This document shows, piece after piece, positions 1 through 12,106 of a DNA stretch of 64,000 bases; position 1 is the stretch's first letter, and every line of letters begins with the position of its first letter. Both the position numbers and the translations under genes were made by a program. Under the pieces are notes generated by a model that worked only from the letters and a program-made list of their open reading frames with translations, was not told the DNA's origin and ran no database searches. Origin of the DNA: Octopus vulgaris (Eukaryota); assembly GCA_951406725.2 (NCBI GenBank), contig OX597828.1:40052001-40116000 (forward strand), in the 5' to 3' direction.

Positions 1-857
1 GTGGTTGGCATTAGGAAGGGCATCCAGCTGTAGAAACCACACCAAAGCAAAACTTTGGAATCTGGTGCAGCTCCTGTCAAACTGTCCAACCCAGACACAT
101 GATGATGATGATGACAATCCAGAACCGACAAAACCTGGGAGAGGAAGGTCTTCCTTCAGGGAAACATATGTCCCATCAGGCTCTAACCTGAAGCCCACAA
201 GGGAAGCGGAAAAGAGGACATCTTGACATTAGTTGGAGATGGGATACTCTAAAGCAGAGATGAAGAGGTAGGAATCTATCTGGAGAGAAGTCAAATCTCC
301 CTCGGATTACATTCTGTCATTTTTACAAAAGGAAATGGGATAATCACAGACAGGATGGTCAAGATTGGAATGTCACTGAACATAAACTGATGTTGACCTG
401 GCACTAAATGACAATAACTACAAATAACAAATACAATAAAGTGTCTTCCTAATTGCACAGCTCACCAACAACCAGAAACTGCCAGCTCATCACAAAAGGA
501 GCTTACAGATTTCACTACCAAAATATTGATATTTTTTAGCCGTGGGCCAGCTCTGAGCAAGCAAACCTACAATTAAGATCTGAAATATTGAGGGAGGGGC
601 GAACCGATTTCCTTGACCTCAGTACATGACTGGTACTTATTTAATCAATTTCGAAAGGATGAAAGGCAAAGTCAAACTCGGTAGAATTTGAAAACAACAA
701 CAATCATGATAGCCTTAGAATCACATTAATTTAGAAATCTACTCAATTGGGAACACCAAGGATTGTAAGAAAGGTTTTTGATATTCAAGTAAACTGGGCA
801 CGCCTTGGTATCAAAGACATTGATTCCGAATGTAAAACATTCGTCCACAGTATGACT

Positions 858-876
858 AATAACAACAACAATAATA

Positions 877-974
<98 letters not shown>

Positions 975-1036
975 AATAATAATAATAATAATAATGATGA
1001 TGATGATGATAATAAAAATAATGATAATAATAATAA
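858..1036. repeat. Compound trinucleotide microsatellite (AAC/AAT/GAT)n
   Basis: Direct reading; explains the poly-D, poly-M and poly-S ORFs at 747-1155. Confidence 0.97.
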
Positions 1037-1806
1037 AGTGGCTCTCATGGCTTCTGATCTTAACTGATTGGAAGTGTTCACATATATATATGGGTTCCTT
1101 TCAGTTTCTGTCAGCCAAATCCACTCACAAGGCTTTGGTCATCTTGGGCTTATAGTTAAAGGCAGTTGTGCAAGGTGTCATGTGGTGGGACTGAATAAAA
1201 AAAACCCACATGGCTGTAAAGCAAACTTCTTAAATCACACCACCATGCCTGTGCCAAACTAAATATACTTCAAAATTGGACCATCTGCCAAAATCAGAAA
1301 GAAGTCACCGAAACTTCTTTCTGAAAGGAAGAAAATTCCATCAACAGGCCTGTCACCAACATCATCAACTACTTAAATTATATACCACCTTTCTCATGCT
1401 AGCAGTGTAGTCCACACTTTTAGTAATAATAGCAGCTAAATGACACTCAAATCACATCCTACAATTTTGAGGACACAGTGGATTAAGAAGTCTTAGATAT
1501 GTCTGACTGGAAAGTGGGATGGACACAGCTGGAATAGTTTTGATCTAAAGTCTGTTTGATTAGTATAAATTAGGGACTAAAACAACAGCATTTATCCCCA
1601 CCCTTCTCTCTCCCTCTCTCTCTTTTGCAATGGGTTTAACAGATTAAATAGTTTTGTTTACAACTTAAAAATTTCCTGTAGGTTTTTAATCCACCTCATA
1701 AACAAACTGTCCCTTGTTCAGATTGAGGTGTTTACCTCAGATAAGAGTTTCTAAAAATCTTATTCCAAAAGTCAACAACATTAATATTACATGTGTGAGT
1801 GTGTTT

Positions 1807-1848
<42 letters not shown>

Positions 1849-2169
1849 TGGGAGAGAGATGGGGGTGAAGATAGATGCAGGGAAATTGTGAACGATAGAG
1901 AAGTGGTATGTGTTCCCAGAGTGCCACAGTTAGTCAACTGTCCCTACTTGAGCCCTCTTTTGCTATATTTAAAACAGGAGAATTCTCAGCAAGATATCAT
2001 CAACCTGAAGTGCCAGTCTGAAGATGTTTACCACTAAATCCACTTCTCAAACATGATGGGGCTGCTCCAAAACCAGTTCTTTTTTTTTTTTTAATTCAAT
2101 AAAATATACTTCCAAACATGTTTTCTTTTTTCTCTACTACTAATACACTATTATTTGAAAGTAACTTCA

Positions 2170-2385
2170 GGGAGCCTCTATGTGGTCGAATGGCCTACTA
2201 GAAATAGCAGTTAAACCTCCCTCAAGACACACCCTACTGACTTAGAAAGGAGAACACAGTGGATAATATAGTCTTAAAAACATTGTCTGCAAATGGAAAA
2301 AAAAAAACATGGAATTTGTCATGGCATGAATATGTTTGATCATGATTCAGTTTAATCAAGGCTGACCTGTGGTTATGAAAAACAA
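2170..2385 (+). mobile_element. Old interspersed repeat (family F), representative copy
   Basis: Motif series TAGAAATAGCAGCCAAA..CCCTCAAATCACACCCTAC..GGATAAT..TTTGATCAT..GCTGACCTGGGGCTAAACAACAAC recurs in degenerate form at about 1420, 8170, 12990, 16990, 23400, 25460(-), 36470(-), 45150(-), 51710, 58940(-), 62050(-) and 63170(-). Confidence 0.7.
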
Positions 2386-2514
2386 AGCTCCTTATTTAGA
2401 GAAAGAATACAAATAAAATAATAGATTAAGAATTAGAGATTGAGAACTGCACTTGATAGTTCATTACTATTAGAAATGATGAGTCACTGAAGAATGAGGT
2501 TCTGGATTTGCATG

Positions 2515-2955
2515 TGATGAGGTGGTGAAGCACGATCTCCAAACGTTGGGCCTCACAGAGACGATGATGAGTGACTGAGACCTTTGGAGATATGCTATGC
2601 TTGAGAAGACCCGGTAAGCCAAGTGAGACTATAATCATGGCCTAAGCCAGTGCAGCATAACTGGCCCATATAAGAGTACCCTTCAATCATTGGGCAATAA
2701 ACTGTGCTTGCAAAGACCTGTTGAGTCAAGTGAAGTCATTGTCGTGGCTAATGCCAGTACTGCCTGACTGGCACGTAAAAGGCACCATTCGAGTGTGGTC
2801 GATACCAGTGACACCTGACTGGCTCCTGTGCTGGTGGCATGTAAAAAGCACCCACTACACTCTGAGTGGTTGGCGTTAGGAAGGGCATCCAGCTGTAGAA
2901 ACCCTGTCAGATCAGAATGGAGCTTGCTACAGTCGTCTGGCTTGCCAGTCCTCTG
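2515..2955 (+). mobile_element. 5'-truncated RTE-type LINE: ORF end plus 3' UTR (family C)
   Basis: GATGAGGTGGTGAAGCACGATCT.. matches the end of the RTE ORF at 7190-7240 and continues into GGCGTTAGGAAGGGCATCCAGCTGTAGAAAC. Confidence 0.75.
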
Positions 2956-3107
2956 GCATAGCTATGTAGTTGAGGTATTTGCTTCCCAACCACATGGTTT
3001 CTGGATCAATGTCACAGCAGGGCACATTGGGTAATTGTTTTCTACTACAACCCCATGCTGACCAAAGCCTTGTGAGCAGATATGACAGATGGAAACTGAA
3101 TGAATAC

Positions 3108-3139
<32 letters not shown>

Positions 3140-3682
3140 GTAGAGAGAGAGAGAGAGTGAGATAGATAGATAGATGTGCACATGTATTTATATATCATCA
3201 TCATCATCGTTTAACATCTGCTATCCATGCTGGCATTGAGCCGGCCAGGCAGGAGCTTGCACTAAACTTCTGTCTCTGTTTTGGCAGGGTTTTTATGGCT
3301 GGATGCCCTTCCTAACACCAACTACCCCACAGAGTGAACTGAGTGCTTTTTACATGGCACCAGCACAGGTGAGGTCAGTTTTAGCATGGTTTTTACAGCT
3401 GAATGCCCTTCCAAATGCCAACCACTCTACAGTGTGGAGTGGACGCTTTTTACATGGCAGCAGGGTCACCAAGTAAGTTGCAAGACAAAGGTTCTTTGAG
3501 ATTGGAAGGGGCATTGGAGGAGGGGATCGTGTGTCAGATGATGAAAGGGGATGGTGAGACACAGAGAGAGAAACAGGTGTCTTACTGTAGAGGAGGTACA
3601 TGATTACCCAGACCAGAGGGGGGGGGGGCGTTAGAGTAATTGAGAATGAGGATAGAGACAGGTGTGCTGCTACAATGTGCTG

Positions 3683-3980
3683 CATGGCCTAGTGGTTAGG
3701 GTGTTGCCCTCATGATTGCTAGATTGTGAGTTCAATTCCTGAACTGGGTAGTGCGTTGTGTTCTTGAGAAAAACACTTCACTTCACATTGTTCCAGTCCA
3801 CCCAGCTGTAAATGAGTAACCCTGCGATGGTATGGTGTTCCGAACAGAGGGGAATGCCACCCTGCTGGCTAGGTAAGCAGGGTGGTATCATTCGAAAGCT
3901 GAAACAATGTGATGTGCATTGTGACCAGCAATGTGTAACAACATCAGACAGTCTGGTTGATACTGTGATACCATGATATA
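3683..3980 (+). mobile_element. tRNA-derived SINE with family D-like head and a distinct tail
   Basis: A-box-like TGGCCTAGTGG, B-box-like GAGTTCAATTCC, then TTGTGTTCTTGAG..AACACTT central motif. Confidence 0.7.
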
Positions 3981-4349
3981 TAAAAAAAAAAGACCCCCTT
4001 TGGTCATGAATGACTATGGGATTGCATCAAGAAAGTTACCCTCTGAGGCACAAATCCAGGCAAGACCACCAGTTGCCTATGCATACCAGCTCCCGCTCTC
4101 CATGCCACTGATGTTATCCGAAAGAAAGGCAAAGGTTTCTTTTTTTTAAAATGAGTCAGAGTGATTTGAGAGAAAGATTTTGGCTGCTATATCTAGTAGG
4201 TCAACTACAGCAGCTCCATTGTTTGTTGGCTCACTTGTAGTTTAGTTTCTTTTAAGGGGTTGGACAATATTTTCATCAAATACACAATGATCCTAAAATT
4301 TATTATTATTATTATTATAATTGTTGTTGTTATTATTGTTATAATCATT

Positions 4350-4562
4350 AAGGTGGAGAACTGGCAGAATTGTTAGCACATAGACAAAATGCTTAACAGT
4401 ATTTTGGCTGTCTTTACATTCTGAGTTCAAATTCTGCCAAGGTTAACTTTGTCTTTTATCTTTTAAGAGTCAATAAAATAAGTGCCAGTTGAACATGAGG
4501 GGGTCGATGTAACTGACTTACTCCATCCTTGAAATTGTTGGCCTTATGCTAAAATTTGAAAT
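4350..4562 (+). mobile_element. SINE family B
   Basis: AAGG..CTGGCAGAAT..TTCTGAGTTCAAATTCTGCC..GACTTTGCCTTTCATCC-type consensus shared with copies at 24985, 34797, 45602, 48393, 57045 and 59220; followed by an (AAT)n/(ATT)n tract. Confidence 0.8.
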
Positions 4563-4584
4563 AATAATAATAATAATAATAATA

Positions 4585-4634
<50 letters not shown>

Positions 4635-5633
4635 GGTTTGGGGACTGTATCTACAAACTGGGGTGAATGGATGTTCATATATTCACACTTCCCTAGAGGA
4701 CATTACAGACTGACACAAATGTCGTGAAATATATACATCTGGGAATCTGAAACCAGATCATAGGAGTGGTTTATTATGCATAAACATACATGCGTACAGA
4801 TTTCCTTTTAGTTAAAGTTGTAATGTAAAGTTATTTTAAGTGGTCATTTTATAGCAGGAACAAAACCCTATCTTAACTCAATTTTATATCTTAGCCAGCA
4901 GGGATGAAGCCACTTAAAGGTCAACAGATGAGAGAAACTAAACTAAGCTCATATCACAGCCATAAATTCTCCAGAATGGCACTTCAACTGGTTTAGCCAA
5001 TAAACAATATTTAAACTTCCAGCTGTTAACTCTTGTTGACTGTTGTGTTCTAGTAGAGTACTGGAACACAAATGTCTTGTGATAGATATTTCTGATATTT
5101 CTTTTCATATTCAGCGCCGCCTTGGCTGGCTTCCATGCAGGTGGCATGTAAAAAGCATCCACTACACTCGCGGAGTGGTTGGCATTAGGAAGGGCATCCA
5201 GCAGTAGAAATTCTGCCAGATCGGACGTTAAACGATGATGATGATGATTCAAATTTACATCATGAGTTCAAAGCCCTCTGATCAAATAAATAGCACCAAG
5301 TAATGAATTTAATCTAATCAAGTATACCTTTCCCTAAAATTTTATTGCGACATTGTCAAAGAATGCCTCAGTGACCACATGGTCAAGGGAGAGGAAGGAA
5401 GTCAGAGGAGTAAAAAACAGCACCAATGTGCCTTTTCAGACATCCAAGACTTAAAGGAAAGAGGAAGTTATTCTCAAACCAGAGACTGGGCCCAGATTCT
5501 TGCAACAGAGTGGGCTCCATTAAAGGGACCCAAGGAATAGATAGAGGTGCTTAACTAGACATTGGATCAAACCTAGCACCCAAGAAGAAGAACAACTCCT
5601 CCAATGCACTTCCACACAGTTTCCATATTTTCC

Positions 5634-5866
5634 TTTTTCTTTTACTTGTTTCAGTCATTTCACTGTGGCCATGCTGGAGCACCGCCTTTAGTCGATCGAG
5701 CAAATCGACCCCTGGACTTATTCTTTGTAAGCCTAGTACTAATTCTATCGGCCTTTTGATGAACTGCTAAGTTACAGGGATGTAAACACACCAGCATCGG
5801 TTGTCAAGCGATGTTGGGGGGACAAACACAGACACACAAACATATACACACACATACACACACACA

Positions 5867-5920
<54 letters not shown>

Positions 5921-6092
5921 GATAGATACGACGGGCTTCTTTCAGTTTCCATCTACCAAATCCACTTACAAGGCTTTGGTTGGCCTGAGACTATAGTAAA
6001 AGACACTTGCCCAAGGCGCCACGCAGTGGGACTGAACCTGGAACCATGTGGTTGGTAAGCAAGCTACTTACCACACAGCCATTCCTGCGCCT
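5634..6092 (-). mobile_element. Full-length tRNA-derived SINE family A (CORE-like central motif, internal TA/CA microsatellite)
   Basis: Minus-strand head AGGCGCAGGA.TGGCTGTGTGGTAAGTAGCTTGCTTACC..GGTTCAGTCCC..CCTTGGGCAAGT; tail ..CAGCATGGCCACAGT..GACTGAAACAAGTAAAAG; more than 15 copies in the window. Confidence 0.9.
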
Positions 6093-6722
6093 GAATCTAT
6101 TGAATTTTATTCACAAGATTGCTGAGTGAAGTTGGACCTGAAACTATACAGTTGTGAAGCAAACTTCTTAACCATAATAAAAAGCCACACTATAAATACA
6201 ACAACAGAAACTACATGCTATCAAATTCTTCAGCTAGTTTCCTCTTTCCTCTCCATACAGATCAGTTGGTATATCTGAAACAACACATCTGTAGGTTGCA
6301 CCTAGTCTTATCCAGCTGGCTACATGTATGCCATGTAGGTCTACACAACAAAAATCTGAGACAACAACTCAGTGTCTACTTAAATTGAAATTTAATTCTA
6401 AAATGCATTAAATAATGTAACTCTTGGCTAAGTTTGATCATGTGCAAGACACTCCCATCCCAAATAATTGGACTTCCTTCTCAACAGATGTGAAAAACAT
6501 GAGAACAAGATGAAAGAATAAGTTGGTAAATAATTGTGAATCCTGAATTATCAGTGAAAATAGATTTATTAATAAATAAATAAAAATGAAACAACTCTTT
6601 TGAATCAGAAGCAATTTATGTATATTGTAACGTCAAGTACCTTCAACAATCTAGAAGTCTTAACTTTCAAATAAAAAACAAACCCAGGATAAACATCATG
6701 AGACACTAATGTGAGTGTGTGT

Positions 6723-7490
6723 GTGGATAGCTTCTATTATCTAGGTGACCAAGCCAGTAGCAGAGGTAGATGCTCTGAGAGCATAGCTGTGAGAATAAGA
6801 ATAGGCTGGGTAAAGTTCAGAGAGCTCCTACCTCTGTAGGCAACAAATGGCCTCTCCCTCAGGCAGAAAGGCAGACTGTATGATGCCTGCATGCGAGCAG
6901 CTATGTTGCATGGCAGTGAAACATGGGCTGTGACCACCGAGGATATGCGTAGGCTTGAAAAAAATGAAGTTAGAATGCTTTGCTGGATATGGAATGTCAG
7001 TGTGCATATATGATAAGTGTAAGCATCTTGAGAGGAAAGTTGGGCATAAGAGGCAACAGATGTGGTGTGCAAGAGTGATGACTGTGCTGGTATGATCATG
7101 TGATACTTATGGACAAGGAAAGCTGTGTAAAGAAGTGCCAATCTCAGTGGAGGGAAACTATGATAGAGGTAGACCCAGAAAGACATGGAATAAGGTGGTG
7201 AAACATGATCTTTGAATGCTGGGCCTCATGGAAGCAACGATTAGTGCTGGTGGCACATAAAAAGCACCAACTGATCGTGGCCATTGCCAGCCTCGCCTGG
7301 CACCTGTGCCAGTGGCACATAAAAAGCACCCACTACACTCACGGAGTGGTTGGCGTTAGGAAGGGCATCCAGTTGTAGAAACACTGCCAGATCTGACTGG
7401 GCCTGGTGCAGCCTCCTGGCTTCCCAGACCCCAGTCGAACCGTCCAACCTATGCTAGCATGGAAAGCGGACATTAAACGATGATGATGAT
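6723..7490 (+). mobile_element. RTE-clade LINE 3' fragment (RT C-terminal region) with 3' UTR and (GAT)n tail
   Basis: Manual translation VDSFYYLGDQ..RIRIGWVKFRELLP..KGRLYDACMRAAMLHGSETWAVT..RGRPRKTW, with stops and frameshifts; followed by family C UTR modules. Confidence 0.9.
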
Positions 7491-7597
7491 ATATATATAT
7501 ATCAGTTGTAAAGATAAACATTATACAAAGGACAACAAAGAACCAGGTTTGACAAATATGATATTAGTTTAGTGCTTTTCTAAGGAGAGAGAGAGAG

Positions 7598-7635
7598 AAT
7601 CAATGTTTCAAACATCAGTCCTTCATCAGAATAAA
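7598..7635 (-). ncRNA. Degenerate minimal hammerhead ribozyme motif
   Basis: Minus strand reads CUGAUGA-A-GGAC-UGAU-GUUU-GAAAC-AUU; lies in a segment abutting (TA)n. Confidence 0.5.
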
Positions 7636-9160
7636 AGAAAGAAGCAAATGTGAAAGAGAGTCAGCATATAAAAATAATTAAATAAAATAAAAGGAGAAAG
7701 GACACAGGAGGAAGGCAAAGAATTAGGAACAAGGTAGGAATGTTGTTCTTTGGGCAAGGAGTTAAGAAGGGAAATGGGAAGGTGTATAAATGCATGTATC
7801 AGTGCGTATCTGTGTCTGGAAGCAGGCATAAAAAAGCAGTGTGGTGTGTGCATCAGTGTGTGTATATTAGTGCAGTGCATATATGTGGGTAGATATGTGC
7901 AAGCATGGCACTATAGTAGCATTGGTTTAGTGAGGGTGGGGTGTTATAGTTAGGTGGGTACTGTGAGAAAGCATGTACTGGAGGTGGTGAGTGTATGTGA
8001 GTGTGTGGGCAATAAATGTATTGATGGAGCACATGGAATGGCAAGCGCAAGTTGTTATTAATGCATGCAGTGTGCATGTTGTGAAGATCAAGTTTCACCA
8101 ATTGGATAAAAGAAATAGTCTGCACATAACTAAAACACTCGTTCAAACGAGAGAGAGAGATAATATGGTCGCTTCACCTGCAAGAAATAATAGCCAAACT
8201 GCCCTTACATCCCACCCTACTATCTTAAAAATGGCAAAACATGTATAATAGTAGTTCTAGATACGACTAAAAGGACGAGACAGTCTCATTTGCAATATCT
8301 CCAATTATAGGATTGTTCAATCATGGTTAGCATGGGTTTAAAGAAACTAAACACCACCATATTAACTCCATATGTGGCACAACAGATGTGTGGATCTCAC
8401 CAAGTTGGCTGACTGTCTGTCAGCATGTCATGGATGTGCATGATCAGAGCAAACCTAAGGCTACACAAAAAACAACAATATAGATTATGTTTAATATGGT
8501 TCATTCATGTTTGACTCAAAGGGCAAAATAGTATGAAGTCTGCAGAATGGACAGCTGGTAGGTATGGGAGGGTATCTTAATTTGTGAATGAAGGCATAGT
8601 TTGTACATTATTACTAAATTTTAGACATGAAGCAAACAGGAATTTTGTGTTTTGGAGAGGAAGACAATCTTTTTTGTTTTCTTTTTCATCAATATCTCTA
8701 AATAAGGAAGCACATCATCTGTAGAGAGGGAGAGAGGAGGGTAGAAAGCTATTGGATTAGAAGAGCATGTGACCAGGGATAACATGTAAACTTGTATTCC
8801 CTTTGGAACTCCAAATAGGATCTCTATACACACCTCAACAACGAAAGACAGCTACAACATCCGTGCTGTCTCACATACCTGCTCTTCCTGTGGAGTATTT
8901 GTCAAATTTAGAAGCTGTATATTTGGGCCACAGGCAAAAGCATTACTTTTGCCTGCTGGAATGTTAGGGCCGACCGTCAGATGTGGTCAGCATTTGTGAG
9001 GGACACGGTGAGCTCAACGGTCAGAGCTGGCTCAACCCAACCCAGATGGCTGCCACAGCAAGTACAATTAACTAAGTATTGGAAGAGCAGAGGTACAAAC
9101 GAGGTGGAGTAGAGTGGATAACATGATGTATGAATAACTGGCATTTACAGTAGCATATAG

Positions 9161-9460
9161 AAGAAGAGCCCTTCAGTCGTGAATGAGCATGGGACTGCAC
9201 CAAGAAAGATACCTTCTGAGACACAAGTCCAGGCAAGGTTGTTTATAGAAGACCAGCAGCTGCCTCCGTTCTCCACACCACTGATGTTATCCAAGAGAAA
9301 GGCAAAGGCTGATACAGCTTGGCACCAGCTGAGTGGGCTGGAGCAATGTAAAATAAAGTGTCTTGCTCAAGAACACAACACACACCCTGGTCAGGGAATT
9401 GAACTCACTACCTCATGATTGTGAGCCCAATGCTCTAACCACTGAGCCATGCACCTTCAC
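9161..9460 (-). mobile_element. tRNA-derived SINE family D with TSD
   Basis: Head GTGAAGGTGCATGGCTCAGTGGTTAGAG..GAGTTCAATTCCC; TSD AGTAGCATATAG (9149-9160) / AGTAGTATATAG (9461-9472). Confidence 0.85.
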
Positions 9461-9709
9461 AGTAGTATATAGTATAGTAGTAATATATAGTATCGTAACA
9501 TGACAATTTAGCACATAGACAATTCAGTATAGGGCATCTTATTGAACTTAGGTACAATTTCATTGATCCACCATTAGTCTATTGAATCAAAATGCTTAAA
9601 AAGCAATAAGAGATTCAAAAGGTGTAGTTATCATTTTGTATGGGTGTGTGTATATATGTTTATGTTTTCTTGCTGGTGATTGTTTCATGTATATGGATGC
9701 TTTTTGTTT

Positions 9710-10472
9710 CATCATCATCATCATCGTCGTCGTTTAACGTCTACTTTCCATGCTGGCATGGGTTGGACGGTTTGACTGAGGACTGGTGAGCCAGAAGGCT
9801 GCACCAGGCTCCAATCTGATCTTGCAAAGTTTCTACAGCTGAATACCCTTCCTAACGTTAACCACTCCGAGAGTGTAGTGGCTACTTTTATGTGCTACTG
9901 GCACGGGAGCCAGTCTGGCGGCACTGGCAACGACCATGCTCGAATGTTGTTTTCCATGTACAGGTAAGGCGACGCTTTATATAGTTAATCTATTCTATGA
10001 CTACTGTATTTGTAAGTTGCCTGTGCATGTGTTTTAGATATACAACCAACACCAATATAATGTAATAATAAATTACCAGTGATACGTTCCATTCCGGTGG
10101 CGTGTAAAAAGCACCATTTGAGTGTGATTGTTACCAGCGTTGCCTTACTGGCACTTGTGCTGGTGGCATGTGAAAAAACATTTGAGCGAGGTCATTGCCA
10201 GTGCCGCTGGACTGGCTCCTGTGCAGATGGCACATAAAAAACACCATTTGAGCATGGCCATTGCCAGTACCGCCTGACTGCCGGTGGCATGTAAAAGCAC
10301 CCACTCTTGGAGTGGTTGGTATCAGGAATGGCATCCAGCTGTAGAAACTTTGCCAGATCAGATTGGAGCCTGGTGCAGCCATCTGGTTTGCCAGTCCTCA
10401 GTCAAATCGTCCAACCCATGCCAGCATGGAAAGCGGACATTAACCGATTATGATGATGATGATGATGATGAT
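9710..10472. mobile_element. Two family C (RTE 3' UTR) copies in opposite orientation
   Basis: 9710-9975 minus with (CAT)n; 10085-10472 plus with tandem modules and (GAT)n tail. Confidence 0.8.
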
Positions 10473-10907
10473 TACAAGCACTGAATTGTCTAGGCACTGA
10501 ATTATTGGTACTCCATATAGTATAGTAGTATACACTATTATAGCAATAAAAGAAGTTAGATCTACAATCTTTCAAAATGAAGGACTGCATGTAAAGAGTT
10601 ATGTTATAGTCAACAAGTTTCTTCAGAGCAAAATCTTATGATATCAGTATAAGGGTAGAGACTGAATACTGCCTGACAGCTGATCCTAAGATTGAAGAGT
10701 CTGTAAGAGAAAACTTTGTAATTTGGTAGATTACCAGATTACTTTTTTTTTCTTTTTATTTTTGTTTGAATGTAACATAACCAGAAAAAAAAAGTGCAAA
10801 GCTCCAGATATATATAAGAGGCTGTACTCCATAGCATTGGAATAATTTGGCAATGTAAAGACATAATAATAGCTATAGTGTTATATGTTACCTGTTATAG
10901 CATAATG

Positions 10908-11004
10908 ACTCACCTTGAGATGTTCACATTACTCCAACACATACTATCAACTGATCAGAGAATCAACTTACCTGAAAAATATAAAGAAAATACAAAAAGT
11001 TAAT
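10908..11004 (-). other. Candidate recursive splice site with 58-nt RS-exon (10971-10914)
   Basis: Minus strand: ATTAAC (branch-like) TTTTTGTATTTTCTTTATATTTTTCAG|GTAAGT, and 58 nt from the acceptor CAAG|GTGAGT. Confidence 0.45.
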
Positions 11005-11205
11005 ACAGAATTCATTACTCCATTATTTAAATTATTATTTACAACTCAATAATCTTTCTTCAGTTTTGTCATGCATTCAGGGTGTGGTGGCTATGAACCA
11101 TGCCCACCCACAAAGGTAAAGAAATAAAGGTAATACAGTGAAATTATTATAATTAAACTACATAGTTGCTATTAATTACAGTAACGTCTAAGCAATTAAA
11201 ATGGT

Positions 11206-11545
11206 CACTTTAGTGCCACCATACAATTGCATTCTGGATCTTCTCTGAGGACATGTCTGATCCAGTTCCAGTGTCTGAGTCTTATTTCATCACTGATCCT
11301 GTTGATGCCTGCTGTTGTTGTCTCAGTTTGGGAATGTATGATGGCACTAAAGTGGCAACCTGAGGGGAAAAGAGTAACAGGGTGCCCTAAAACCACATGG
11401 CAAAGGACCGTGGACAAAGAAAGGAGACAAGAAGAGTAGAGATAATGGAATGAGATCAGAACAATAGCAGAAAACAGAGCTGGTTGGAGAAATTGTGCTG
11501 TGGCCTTATGTACCTCATAGCACAGAGAGAGAACTAACTAATTGA
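11206..11545. mobile_element. 5'-inverted RTE-type LINE 3' fragment
   Basis: 11206-11330 minus encodes DEIRLRHWNWIRHVLRE..CMVALK; 11332-11520 plus encodes ECMMALKWQPEGKRVTGCPKTTWQRTV; (AACT)n tail. Confidence 0.8.
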
Positions 11546-11871
11546 AGCAATAAATTAAAATACTGTTCAATCAATAAATCCCAAATCAACTTATTTTCAT
11601 TCTTTCATCACCATCCTGCCGGCGAAGACCACCCCTACTGACTTGCCCCAAACTACCTATAGCACATTGAATTGTGAGCAATGTTTTGTTATTACATTAA
11701 TACTCTTTTATTTTACCCTTTTACTCTTTTCAGTCATTTGACTGCGGCCATGCTGGAGCACTGCCGTTAGTCGAGCAAATCGACCCCAGGACTTATTCTT
11801 TGTAAGCCCAGTACTTATTCTATCGGTCTCTTTTGCCAAACTGAGTATTCTAATAATAAAAAATTGTCTCC

Positions 11872-12106
11872 TCAACCCATTAGCATTTAGCATTTAATCC
11901 TGTCGTGTCCAGCCTAAATATTCTACCTGTTTTATGTTAAAACTGACCAGATCCAACCTCTTACACTTACCCTCCAATGTCATTTAAAAAATTTACAAGT
12001 ACACCATTGAAATCTTGAAGCTACAAAATAGTTTGTGATTAATTCGAAATAGTGTGAATAAATAAGCATTGCATTTGACAAAGTAATCTGAATACTAAAA
12101 GGTTAA
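11872..12106. mobile_element. TTAA-flanked MITE (piggyBac-type ends)
   Basis: Family with TTAACCCTTTAGCATT..AATGCTAAAGGGTTAA ends; other copies at 30557-30784, about 33969-34140, 37735-37953, 54999-55510 and about 56955-57395. Confidence 0.75.

Noticed and set aside
747-1155. Poly-Asp, poly-Met and poly-Ser ORFs
   Set aside because: Translations of a (GAT)n microsatellite in different frames
5767-6058. Recurrent ORFs with GLLSVSIYQIHSQGFG..EPCGW across the window, resembling a gene family
   Set aside because: Antisense translations of SINE family A copies
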